From positions 3,596,001 through 3,660,000 of the forward strand of contig OZ218951.1 in assembly GCA_965112735.1 (NCBI GenBank): 64,000 bases of DNA, in the 5' to 3' direction. The notes under the pieces were generated by a model, which worked only from the letters and a program-made list of their open reading frames with translations, had not been told where the DNA came from and did not search any database. Positions 36,135-47,876 of the stretch are shown here, in pieces. The stretch's first letter is position 1; the number at the start of each line of letters is the position of its first letter. Both the position numbers and the translations under genes were made by a program. Origin of the DNA: Phaeosaccion multiseriatum (Eukaryota; Protista; Ochrophyta, other classes).

Positions 36135-36499
36135 TCGATGAAAGTGTGGCCGCTGTCAGCAGAGTACAATACGAGCTCGCGTGTTTTTGTCTGTGAGGAA
36201 CCGCTGTGACACTCACTCGCTTCTCTGCCCCTCTTTTCTGCAGTTGGTGCTACGGCTGGGCGCCGCCACCAAAGGAGGTGCGAAAACGCCGCCGCGACCC
36301 ATCACGAGGACCGCACGTCCCTACTGTCCCTCTTCTCTCCGGGTGGCACAACAACAACGAACGGGGAGGGCTCAAAAGAGAAAGAGATGCCCCGGCGAGC
36401 ATGGAAAGGCAAGTAAGCTGTCAAGAATATCCTGCTTTACCCGTTGTCGTCCACTCAAGTACCAGACGTATCTGTACACGCGTGCCCTCTTTCACCGAA

Positions 36500-36593
36500 G
36501 TGATGAGAATATCTTCTTTCCCCATAGGATCGACCTTGTCTCCAACCGAAAGAGCCAGCCCCGCTCAAGCCAAGGGTGTCTGGTTGATTCTGA
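36500..36593 (+). ncRNA. Box C/D snoRNA, SNORD12/snR190-like, copy 3
   Basis: Identical to copy 1. Confidence 0.85.
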
Positions 36594-36976
36594 TCGATGA
36601 AGTGTGGCCGCTGGCAGCAGTGTACTACCATTTTTTATCACAGGCTCTCGTGATTGTGTTTGCGAGCGCCGATGTGACGCTCCCTTCTGTCGTCCCTACT
36701 TGCACCGCCCGTCCCGTCTTGTCTGCAGATTGCACTACGACTGGGTGACATCGCTGATGGAGGCGTCTACTATACAGACAGACAGAAGGGCAACGCAGCG
36801 TACACGTGAAACGCCACCGTTACGCACCCCGAGGGCTGCACCTTCCTCTCGGCACTTCCACGGGGAGGGCCGACTCACTGTCAACCCCAAGGAAATGCCC
36901 CCGTGCAAAGCATAGACAGGCAAGTAGGGAGTTGGCCTGTTTAGAATGGACAACCTTTATTATCCCTCTTCCCGAA

Positions 36977-37070
36977 GTGATGAGAATATCTTCTTTCCCC
37001 ATAGGATCGACCTTGTCTCCAACCGAAAGAGCCAGCCCCGCTCAAGCCAAGGGTGTCTGGTTGATTCTGA
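36977..37070 (+). ncRNA. Box C/D snoRNA, SNORD12/snR190-like, copy 4
   Basis: Identical to copy 1. Confidence 0.85.
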
Positions 37071-37435
37071 TCGATGAAAGTGTGGCCGCTGTCAGCAGAG
37101 TACAATACGAGCTCGCGTGTTTTTGTCTGTGAGGAACCGCTGTGACACTCACTCGCTTCTCTGCCCCTCTTTTCTGCAGTTGGTGCTACGGCTGGGCGCC
37201 GCCACCAAAGGAGGTGCGAAAACGCCGCCGCGACCCATCACGAGGACCGCACGTCCCTACTGTCCCTCTTCTCTCCGGGTGGCACAACAACAACGAACGG
37301 GGAGGGCTCAAAAGAGAAAGAGATGCCCCGGCGAGCATGGAAAGGCAAGTAAGCTGTCAAGAATATCCTGCTTTACCCGTTGTCGTCCACTCAAGTACCA
37401 GACGTATCTGTACACGCGTGCCCTCTTTCACCGAA

Positions 37436-37529
37436 GTGATGAGAATATCTTCTTTCCCCATAGGATCGACCTTGTCTCCAACCGAAAGAGCCAGCCCCGC
37501 TCAAGCCAAGGGTGTCTGGTTGATTCTGA
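37436..37529 (+). ncRNA. Box C/D snoRNA, SNORD12/snR190-like, copy 5
   Basis: Identical to copy 1. Confidence 0.85.
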
Positions 37530-37995
37530 TCGATTAAAGTGTGGCGTGTTTTGTGTGTGTGTTTGGGGAAGGGGAGTCAGAAGAGGGTGCTGCACCGTGA
37601 ATCCGCTGCTGACGGCCGAACGGCCTTGTTTTCTCCTCCTCTCTCGTGCCATCTCAGGAGCGATTCCTCGAACACCAATGGCCAACACAGCTGCGTAGTG
37701 CCTCCTTACTGCTTCCCTGCATCCCATCCAGTCATCTGCCAGTCTTCTGGCCCAATGAGGAGCGGGCAAGGTACCCGCACGCTGAGCCTGTTTTTGTCCA
37801 CTCCCGGGGGGGAGTGACGGGGTGGGGGCCGCTCTTTTGATGGCACCGAGATGCTTCGCCTCGTGTGTCGCGGCGCTCCTGGGGGAGTCAGTTGTGCAGG
37901 CCCGAAGCAAGGCTAGCTTAGCTGCACACGTCCTCTGAGAGTTGTGCCATGCCCCAGCGGGGTCGCGCTGACGACAGGCAGAATAATCAATCAAT

Positions 37996-38915
37996 TCACG
38001 TTGCCGGAAGACTGCGACGATTCTCCTCGATCTGCACGAGGGTGCCGTCCTCTCCAGGCTGCAGAATTCTTCTCTCCACGCCGTGCTCCGTCACAATGGC
38101 CAGCCGAATCACCCCCCCTGAAGACCCGTCTCTCGCCATGGCCAGACAAAGGGCGCGAGCGCAATGCTCAATGCAATCCTCCTCGCCCATCTCGGCGGAG
38201 AGATTGGCGTCACAGTACCCAGTAATGTACGACGAACCGGAGCCACTGAGAGCGTACGGCGTCTCTTCGATGATGCTGCCGCCCAATGGAACCGTGTACA
38301 ATTGCGCGCCTGCTCGAGCGTCCCACCCCGCACACAGCAAGCTCGCTTGAAAAGACTCCTGTACAGGAAAGCAAGTCCACGAATAGAAGAGACGCTCTTG
38401 GTTAGCTGGGAGGTGAGGGGAGGAAGCCTACCCCTATTTGGAAGCGCACCTTATTGGCGTAAGCCATACGCCTACAGATGTTGGCGGCCTTCCTCACACT
38501 TGGGTGGCGGCGGTGCTGAAGGGTGATAGCCTCCAATCTCCCCTGCAGCTGCTCGGCGATGTACTGCGTGTCTGAAAGAGAGAGAAATTGCTTCGTAAGA
38601 AGGTACTTCACTTCCATCGCCCTTGTACCTTGGGTGGGCGCACTCACCAGCTGCACTCCCGGAGCGCATGAGGTAGATCTTCCCAAAGACGTGTGCAATC
38701 TTGTCTGTGAAGCGATTAACCACGTACGACCCCGAGCTCGTCCGAGAGTCTGCAGCTAAGACCAGCCCGGATCGGAACTTGGCAGCCAGCAGAGTGGTTC
38801 CCATGGACACTTCCGTTCCAGAAGCTGCCACGTTTAAAATCAAGGCGAGCAGCAGTAGTACTTGCAGAGCGAGCTGAAGACATCGCCGCTCTGCTGCTAC
38901 TGCAGTCATCTTCAT
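37996..38915 (-). CDS. PSMB6: 20S proteasome beta1 (beta type-6)-like subunit with N-terminal signal peptide; 3 exons
   Basis: EVSMG|TTLLAAKFRSGLVLAADSRTSSGSYVVNRFTDKI; RSGSAADTQ; GSGSSYITGYCD; LAMARDGSSGGVIRL; hydrophobic leader LQLALQVLLLLALILNVAASG. Confidence 0.88.
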
Positions 38916-39334
38916 CGTCTTTGTGTCGGCACCTGCGCCAATTTCAGTTTCCCCGCCAGCCCATTTTTGAAGAGGGGGGGGGAGGGAGGAAGAGAAGGGC
39001 GAGGACGACCGCGGAGGCAGATTCCCTGTGGCGGAGCACCCGCAAAGGTATGTAGGCAGGTAAAGGCAGGCAGGTGGGTCGCGTGCTACTGCTGGCGAGG
39101 GGCTGATTCCGCGTTGAGACTTGGATACCTTTGGCGAGGATTGGTGTGGTTTTTTTGGATCGAGAGAGATAGAGTAGAGCAAAGAGGGGGAGGTAGAGGG
39201 GGATAGAGAGAGAGAGATTGACAGAGTGCGTATGCGTGCTATACGATCATCTGGCAGAGGTTCGAGGACTTCTCTCTGAAGCGCTCACGATTCTCTCCCT
39301 TCTTCCCTCCTCCTCAGGCTCCCCAGGCTGCAGC

Positions 39335-39374
<40 letters not shown>

Positions 39375-39380
39375 GCCACT

Positions 39381-42300
39381 ATGAGCTTAGTAGAAGCCTC
39401 AGATGCGACGGGCAAGAGTGCCGAGCAATCGGATAACCCGGGAGACGCCGAGCACCTGAACGGATCATCGTCCCCTCAGGATGGGCTGCCCGAGGAGGAG
39501 GTTGAGGTTTCGAACGAGATTGAAGATGATACAGACCTCTGCATGGTGTGCAAAGACGGGGTAAGTTGCGGGTGCTGCTGCTGCTGCTGTTGGGCGGTTG
39601 CCATTTGTCCACATTGTCCTGTTTTATAATTGGCTTACTCCCGAGCAGGCGACATACACCAACAACGAGATAGTGTTCTGTGACAAGTGCAACATCGCCG
39701 TGCACCAGTACTGCTACGGAGTGCGTGAGGTCCCGCCAGGAGATACACCATACCACTGCCAGCCGTGCTCGGAGGGCTTGGTGCCTCACGAGACTTTTTG
39801 CTGCCTCTGTGGGCGCTGTGACGGTGCTCTGAAGGTACTCACTCGTGTCTTGTGGCACCCTGTGTCGCTTTGTTGCAGAAATGAAACATTGTGTCTTTTC
39901 GCCCCCCCCCCCCCCCCCTCATGGCAGAAAACCAACGACGGGCGGTGGGCACATGTGGCCTGCGCGCTGTGGATTCCCGAGGTCTACTTTGGAAGCATTG
40001 AGGACGTGGAGCCCATCTGCGTGGAAGCGCTTGACCCTGCCAGGACAAAGTAAGCCCGGGGCATGCTCTATCCCGAGAGAGGAGTCAGGAAACTGTGCTG
40101 ACTAGAATGTGCTCCTTCCTACGATCAGGCTAAAGTGCGCACTGTGCGGGGAGAAAGGCATCTGTGTGCAGTGCTGTGGGGGGCGGTGCTTGACGGCGTA
40201 CCATCCGTGGTGCATGCTCCGCCAACCCAAGCGCATCATTCGCCGCATCGTGGCGGTGGACGAGGAGGATCCGGACAAGGTGCGGAGGCGTCCTGTTGGG
40301 GCATTACTGGTGATTGGCCCTAACCACAATCGTTCTCTATTCTCCGCCTACACTATGGACAGGGGATGATGTTTCAAACTTTTTGCGAGAAACATGCTCT
40401 CTTTGCCGGAAAGCCCACCCCTCGTCAGGGCCCCCGGAATAGCTCTCAAGCTCGAGTTCAGTTTAAGAAGCAGGCAGCAGCTGGAGGAGGAGGTGGGGAG
40501 GGGGACGAGACGCCTGGTAGCAAGAAGCAATCTAAGAGGCAGCAAGAAAGGCAAGAAAGGCGGGCCAGCGGCGGTACGGGGGGGCGCTTAGACCCGGCTC
40601 CCCTTCAAGTAGACCCTCAGCAGCAGGAGCAGTACGAATTGCTACACCAGCAGATGGAGTCCTTGCTGAGCAACTCCGGCCTGCGGGCGGACGGCACCAG
40701 TCTGCGCTCCAAGGGAAGCAGTGCGCAGCTGGAGATTGGAGAGGTGGACAGTAGCAGCGACGGCGACGAGGGGGAGGGGGGCACCAAGGGGCTGCCTCCT
40801 ATACATACCTTCCAGGAGTGGCCAGGACAGCAGATTGGAGAAGAGATGGACTTGGACCACTACTGGACTGTGGTCGGCAGCTGTTTCCCTGAGGAGGTGG
40901 GTTGGTGTGGGAGGGAACCATGGAACACAAGTCAACTGCCTATTCTCCCGTGCGGGTTGGTATTAATGTGTGCACCCGCACTTACCTTGTCTCCCTTCAC
41001 ACTAACAGCACGACGGAAATTGGCTGAGCCGCATGATCTCTTGCCCCGAGCTGCCTGGCGACGACGACGCTATCTTCAGCATCCCTCGCCTTGGCAGCGG
41101 ACAAGACGACACTCTCTCGGAGGGAGGGAGTGAATGCGGGGGCTTGCATCCCCGCCCTGAGGGGAGGCGGGGGGGGGGAGGCACAGGTCTGAGAGCTGTC
41201 GCCATGGCGAACGCAGCAGCAGGAGTAGCAGGAGGAGGAGCAGGAGGAGGAGCAGGAGGAGCAGCAGGAGCAGCAGGAGGGGGGTCAAGCTCACCACCCT
41301 CCTCGCGGAGGTCGACTTCTCCCGTATCGCGGCGGTCCGTGTCGCCCCTCCGGAGGGAAAAGAAGGCGCCGCCTACATGCAACACTGTCGGCAGCTGTGT
41401 CGAGGCTCAGGCCAAGGTTGTGGTGTTGCTGGAGAGCGAGAATAAGAGGCTCGGGGTTCACTTTGTATTTAAATCTCCCCCACCCTTAGACCAACCCAAC
41501 GGAGTGCCGGCAGCAGCAGCAGCACGGGACAGCGACTCGATGGGCACAGAATGGCAGCAGTGGACACCCTCCAGTGATAATGCAGAGGGCACGGTCAGTG
41601 ATGCCTATGCGCAACATGGAGAAGCAAACCTGGCATCGGGGGGGGGGCGCAGCAGCAGTCTGGGGGGCACGACAAGACAGGAGGAGAGCAGGCCTGCGCG
41701 CAGCGTGTATGTGGCATTGCAAGGCTTTACAGAAATGAGCCATTTGTCGGAGAGCTCGGCAGCCACAGAGCCCTTTCTGAAGAACACGCGTGATTACGGG
41801 GATGACAGCGAGGTGTGCATGGAGCTCCGCCAGCTTCAGGGGAGGCTGAGAGAGTGGACCTTGGACAAGCGCTCCACTTCAGGGCCCATTGTAGTGGAGC
41901 TCAGCATCGGGGTGGAGCAGGCCCAGAAACAGAGGAAGCGCCAAGCATCGCTCACTCAAAAGTACATTCGCACACAGGTACGCGGGTTGTTGGGGTGGGC
42001 TGTCATGTTGTGTTGTAAGCAATGGGCTCACCTTATCTTTACATGTGCGGGGCGGGGGTGGGGGGGGACGAAACAGTTGTGGAAGCAGGTTGCGAGCGCT
42101 TTGGAGCGAGGGGTGGGTGACCATGAGCCAGGCTTCAACACGGGGCACGAGGAAGCCATCCCGGCAAGCTGGACCATCGCCGCAGAGGGACGGCCCACCA
42201 AGGAGGACCTGGTGCTGATGAATGGGGGGGGCAAGAAGGCTCCTGCGGTGCCGGAAGAGGGGGAGGATGCCGTGTGCATGGTATGCTTCGATGGACACAC

Positions 42301-45300
42301 CAACGACAGGAACGAAATCGTGTTTTGTGATGGTTGCAACATGAGGTGCGTGAGCAAGTTGAAGCTTTGTTTTGGTGTGTGTGCGTGTGTATGTTTCTTT
42401 TAAACCAAGGCTTGCTGCCCCCTTGCATGTTTACAGCGTTCACCAGCTGTGCTACGGCTTGCAAGATATCCCGGAGGGCGACTTCTTCTGCGAGCGGTGT
42501 CAGTTCTTGCAGCTCTGTTCGATTCGGCAGGTCCCGTACGATGCAGGCACGGTGAGCTGCTGCCTCTGCCCGCTGCTGCACGGCGCTGTCAAGCACACCA
42601 CAGACAGTCGATGGTGTCATCTCGCATGTGCCATGTTCGCACCGGGTGTGCGGCTGCCGAGGCTGGAGAACATGGGACCTATTGATGTGACGGGCGTAGA
42701 CATTGGGGGGCCTTCCAAGGCACGGGCAGCGGGGGTGGGGGCGGGGGACGAGAAGGAGCAGGAGCAGCAGAAGGAGCCGTGCTGCGTGTATTGCGGAAAG
42801 AGCCAGGGCTGCTTGCTGCGATGCAGTCACAAGGGATGCGATGTGCGCTTCCACTTTCTCTGTGCCTGGTTCGCTGGGGCACACTTGAAATGCAGCCTTT
42901 TGGACAAGTCCTTTATGAGCGGAGAAGAGGATGACATAGGCGCCAGGGGAGGGGAGGCCTCCTATCCGAGTGGACTGGACTTGCAAGCGTTTTGCAGTGC
43001 TCACGGAGCGTTAGGAATGGCGACAGGGGTCAATGGCGGCAGGGAGCGCGACTCGCAGCTGCAAGTCATGCTTAGGGGCAAGTACCGCATGAAGGAAGAC
43101 TTGGATCTTGAGCTCAAACTCAAGCCAAGCAAGAGAGGGAGGGGGCGGCCGAGGAAAGACGCCGCACAAACAGTGGGAAAGGGCGGCATCTTTGCAGCAG
43201 CGGCCTCAGCGAGCTCGTCGTCACGTGGTGTGGTCAGGCAGCAGCCGAAGCAGCTGCGGGACGATCGGTATGCGGAGATGGCTTGCCAATCGTGCGTGTC
43301 GCCGCCGGGGACGGCTGTGGATCCCCACGCACCGGACGGCATGGGGCCGGTGTTGCAGTGCGTTACCTGCAGCGCTCGTGTACACGCAATGTGCTATGAG
43401 ACTGCCGGGTGGAGGGGAGACTCTGCATCCGACGGGGCGGGGGGCGGCAGCAGCACGGCTTGGCAGTGTGATGCGTGCGTGGCAGAGGTGACGGGGCCTG
43501 CGTGCGTGCTCTGCCCTCGACGCGGCGGAGTGTTCCACGCCACGGACGACAAGACGCTTCGATGGGTGCATACCTACTGCGCAAAGAACACGCCAGGCGT
43601 CGTCTTGGGCAGACTTGGGAGAGGCGAGGCGGGCTCCCCAGCGGCGCGAGTACTTGTAGATACCAGAAACGTTCCAAAGGTGAGTTACTCTTTCCGGGTC
43701 CTTGTTTCGTTTCCTGCGCCTAAGCGACTATTTCCCTGCTTCCTCTTCTTGTGTTTGTCTTTTGTCTTGTTAGGCCTTGCGCAAGCAAAAGTGTCAAATT
43801 TGCAGCCGGAAAGCAGGGGTGTGCGTCAAGTGCTCGCACCACGGATGCATGACGTACTTTCACCCGCTTTGTGGGCGTCTGGCGGGTCTCTATTCGCGCC
43901 CGCTCCGACCAGAGGAGCAGGCGGCACAGCAGCAGGCCCTAGGTCTGGACAGTACGGGAGCGCGGGGGGGCTCGCACCTCTTCACCCAGGCGTACTTTTG
44001 CAAGGCGCACACCCCACACGGCCTGTACCAGCTCAGCAGCCTCCACTGGGTAGACATGCACGCCCTCGTCAGACTGCGCTCCGATCTAGACAACGCCAGA
44101 CTGGTGGGTGTTACTTGTCTAGTGTTGGTTGTTTTTTGGAAAGGCACCAGACGACCTTACGCTAGTTACGTGCATCTTGCTCTCGTAATTACCGTCCTCT
44201 CTTTGCACTCGGTGCCTGCCCTCACACAGATTATCGACCTGACTCGACGCCGCGAGAAGGTGGCGCGCAACGAGTGGCGGACGGTGTGCGAGCAATTCGA
44301 CGGGTGTGTGGCCCACTTGCAGTCGCATGTCCCTGCTCGCCGCGCGCTGTTGCAGAAGCGACTCGACGCGCTCTTGCCGCCACCCGAAGATGAGGAAGAG
44401 AAGGAGGGAGAGGACGTGAAGGCGGGAGAGGACGTGAAGGAGGGAGCCGCTCCAGAGACCAAGGGTGGTGACTCCTCCACCACCCCAGTCTCCGAAGAAT
44501 CCGTGGCTTCTTCTCAGGCAATACGCACCGAAGACCAAGGGGGGGAAGTGCCATTAGAGAAGCCTATGCCTCACAGCAAGAGGCGGTCAAGTAGGGTAGT
44601 TGACTCTTGCGGAGCCGCTGCGGGTTCAGCTAATGCTATTGCTGCAGCGGCAGCGGCGACGGCGGCGGCGGCTGCTGCCTCGGCGAACGCATCACCCGCA
44701 GCGGAGCCTGAATATACTCGGGTGGAAAGGGGCTCCAGACAGCACTCGCAGCTGCTGGCTCTCATCCAGGGGAAAGGGGTGAGCGGCGCCAAGGGCAAGG
44801 GGAAGGGAACGCGTCGCAGCGTGCGTGGGTTGGGGTCAGAGGCTGATGATGCCCACAGAGGCACGGAGAGGGCGGCTGCGGCACTATGTGTCAAAGACAT
44901 GAAGTACGAACCGCTCAAGGAGGACAACGAAATGCTCAAGTTCAAGCTACTGCCCAAGCTGGACCTCCTGGAGGAGAGTGGCGGAGCAGGAGCAGGGCAA
45001 GGGGGGGCTGGGGGGGGCAAGAGACGCGGCAGGCAGCAGCAGCAGCTGATGGTCCGATCCGTGTCTGGGCCGTACGCGGAGACGTGTGTGGCCACCCTAC
45101 AGGGAGAAGGAGCGTGGGAAGGAGTCTGCAGTCGCTTAGAACAAAGGCAGGGCGACTTTGCGCAGATTCTCCATCTGGAGGCGGCGCAAGCCATGGCCAA
45201 TCTCGTGGAGCACAAGCAGGCCAAGGGCAAGGGCAGGGATGGGAGCGTTGCACTCGACGGGGCTTTGTCGGAGGACCCTGCTCGAGTGCTTTTGGACCGC

Positions 45301-46661
45301 CAACTCAAGGAGCTGCTGGACGGCTTGCTCGAGCACCGCGTGCCCGTGGATGAGCACGACGACAGGGAGTGGAGCAGCAATCAGGGGGGGGGTACTCGGC
45401 TGCTATGTGAGCGCCTGCTGGAGATACCTGCCGCGGGTAAGTGCGTTGCGTGTACTGTTTTGTTTGTTGTTCATTCCTCTCTCTCCTCCTTTCCGCTGCT
45501 GCTCAACGAAGACCAACGTCCCTCTTCTGTGATGTTTGATGACCATTGAGCAGATGTGGACCTGTCACTGGTGCTGCACCGCGTGAGCATGTTCCAATAC
45601 GAGTCTCTCGCGGACGCCATGAGGGATCTCCAGCTGGTCAAGGGCACCCAGGACCCGCCCCTCGCGCACGACGCCGAGCGCATGTACAACTTGGCCCAGA
45701 GGATCCACGCGAGTGTGCTCAAGGGCACCAGCGGCAAGCTCGAGACGCCGCAGGTGCAGCAGGGACAGATGGATGTGGCGCTGGCAGCGGCACGGGCGGA
45801 GGCGGCGAGTACAGGCAAACGCGTGCGCTTGCCCACCGTGCGAGGCATCTCCAGTGCCTCTCAGACGCCGAGGTGAGTGAGTCTCACCTCACGTGTGTGT
45901 GTCAAGTGTGTGTGTGTGTATGTGTGAGGCGGAGGAGAGAGGAGGAAGGACGGCACTGGGCGTGTGTTTTACGTGGATCCCCCACCCTGTGTCGTACTGT
46001 TTGTTGCACAACACGCAGCAGGCCGCCGGGAGCTGCGAGTCCCAAGGAGCCCCTCGCCAAGGGGGATGAGGAAGGGGAGTGTGCCGCCTGCCACGGGCAG
46101 CGTGCCCAATCCCCTGTCCTGGGGGGGGCTGTGGAGCTGCCTGGGGAGGCGCACTGGTACTGCCCCAACTGCATTCTGCGTGCACCTGAGGCATTCGTCA
46201 AGTGCCCGGTGGCGGTCTTGAAGCCCCACCCGGGGGGCGGGCACGAGTGGCGCTCGGGAGTCATTCAGGCATTTGAGCCCATCAGGTGAGAGAGAGAGAG
46301 AGAGAGAGAGAGAGCCTTGCGTGCGTGGCTCCGCGATGCTGATTCCCTCTCTGCCTGTGTCTCCATTCGTCTGCCTTGGTACAGTGGCAAGCACCGAATC
46401 GTGTACGAGAGCGGTGAGTGGGATTTCTTGCCGCTCCCGGAAAGCAGGCTCTCCTTCACGTCACCGACCCCTTTGGACATGGATCCAGACGCCTTCACCG
46501 GCCACAAGAACCCGCACAGGGCCAAGGGGAGGGCGAGCGCGGTTGTAGTTGACGCCACCCCGGTCAAGTCCCAGGGGAGAGGCAGTAAGAGAGATCGTGC
46601 GTCCGGAGCGTCGGGAGGGGATGGGAAGAACGCCTCAAGCAAAAAGTCTCGCCGGCGATAG
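39381..46661 (+). CDS. BRPF/JADE-like chromatin reader with three PHD-Zn knuckle-PHD modules, AT-hook, degenerate bromodomain-like and Tudor-like segments (multi-exon)
   Basis: NEIVFCDKCNIAVHQYCYG; WAHVACALWIPEV; NEIVFCDGCNM..VHQLCYG; third Cys/His cluster ending FHPLC..CKAH; LRSDLDNARL..DLTRRREK; KRGRGRPRK. Confidence 0.85.
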
Positions 46662-46961
46662 AGGAGTGTTCGTAGCTCGCGGGACATCCACTTTAAACTG
46701 GACACTGCAACGTGTGCTTCTCCCATCAATTTCTCCCCTACCCCCTTTTAAAAGACCCACCCAACCCTAAGAGTTGCTGCTGTTGTAGTCGGAGAAGAGC
46801 GTTGTAAGTTCTGTCGAAAGCAGGTCGCACTCCCCAGTCTGTCGAGCTTCTCACCCGTGGCTGGGGTCCTGCTTGGCTCCCTTCCGCCCCGCTGGGGAAA
46901 GGCCTCCTTTCCCAGGGAGATTTTAAGCTGTCAAGGCGCTTCGAGGGAAGTGCGGTCAAAT

Positions 46962-47806
46962 ATGGCGGGTAGAGTGTGTCATTTCAAGCTTGTCTTGCTT
47001 GGAGACACGGCAGTGGGCAAGTCCTGCTTAGTGGTGAGGTTCGTAAGGGACGAGTTTTTCGAGTACCAGGAGCCCACCATCGGCGCTGCGTTCCTCACTC
47101 AAACAGTGCATGTAAGTGTCGCAAAGTACGCGGAGTTTCTCGGTTGCTCTGGGGCTTATGCTTTGTTTCCCCCCTCCCGTTTCCTCCACGCCGTGCCTCC
47201 GTCCCAGCTTGACGACGCGACGGTGAAGTTCGAGATTTGGGACACTGCGGGGCAGGAGAGGTATCGAAGCCTCGCACCCATGTATTACCGCGGGGCAGCG
47301 GCGGCGATTGTCGTGTACGATGTTACCAACAAGGTGGGTGGTAGGAGAGAGAGTTTCGTGGAATGGAAGCCTTGCTTACTCTCGTTTTCGTTTGGTGTTG
47401 TAGGAGTCTTTCAGCGGGGCGCAGTCTTGGGTGAAGGAGCTGCAGCGAAGGGGGGACCCCAACGTGGTGATTGCGTTGGCGGGGAACAAGGCGGATCTGG
47501 AGCAGAGGCGCGACGTCAGCGTAGAGGAGGCACAAGCATACGCCGCCGAGGTGAGAGAGGGGCGGGCCTTGCTTCCTTTTGTGGATGTCAAGGCTGAGTA
47601 GTGTGTTTGTTGTCTGTGTGTCTCTCTCTCTTTCGTAACAGAATGGCATTATTCACATGGAGACGAGCGCAAAGACAGCGCTCAACGTCAAGAGCATCTT
47701 CGTCGATATCGCCAAGTCGCTGCCAAAGGCGCCCACCCCGCCAGAGAGGGACGCCTTTCCGATCATGCCGCCGCGCAAAGAAAAGAAGGGAGGGTGCTGC
47801 GCGTAG
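46962..47806 (+). CDS. RAB5: Rab5 small GTPase, 4 exons
   Basis: [14 protein letters not shown]; [13 protein letters not shown]; [20 protein letters not shown]; GNKADL; ETSAK; C-terminal GGCCA*. Confidence 0.96.
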
Positions 47807-47876
47807 TGGTGGAATCTGTACATACGAGCTCTGGAGCTCTATTTAATTAAAAAATAAGAATGAGGATGTCCACGCA

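Larger units (their letters stand above)
35555..37534. repeat. 936-bp apparently exact tandem duplication (about 2.1 units), itself built from two diverged subunits of about 470 bp
   Basis: Identical ORF translations recur with a 936-bp offset (35668/36604, 35870/36806, 36181/37117). Confidence 0.95.
35509..37700 (+). ncRNA. Putative spliced non-coding snoRNA host transcript (tandemly amplified intron-exon units)
   Basis: Donor GTAAGC at 35512. Acceptors TGCAG at 35792, 36243, 36728 and 37179, and CTCAG at 37657. Donors AG|GCAAGT at 35984, 36409, 36920 and 37345. The ATG at the first donor opens only a 27-codon spliced ORF. Confidence 0.6.

Noticed and set aside
35555-37534. CRISPR-like repeat-spacer array
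   Set aside because: The repeats are about 100 nt, the spacers are 360-380 nt and duplicated, there are no cas genes and the context is eukaryotic. C/D boxes, the rRNA guide and splice sites explain it better.
35564-37698. Repeated ORFs such as MRISSFPIGSTLSPTERASPAQAKG as a protein repeat
   Set aside because: These are translations through the snoRNA. The identical DNA occurs in different ORF contexts with no synonymous variation.
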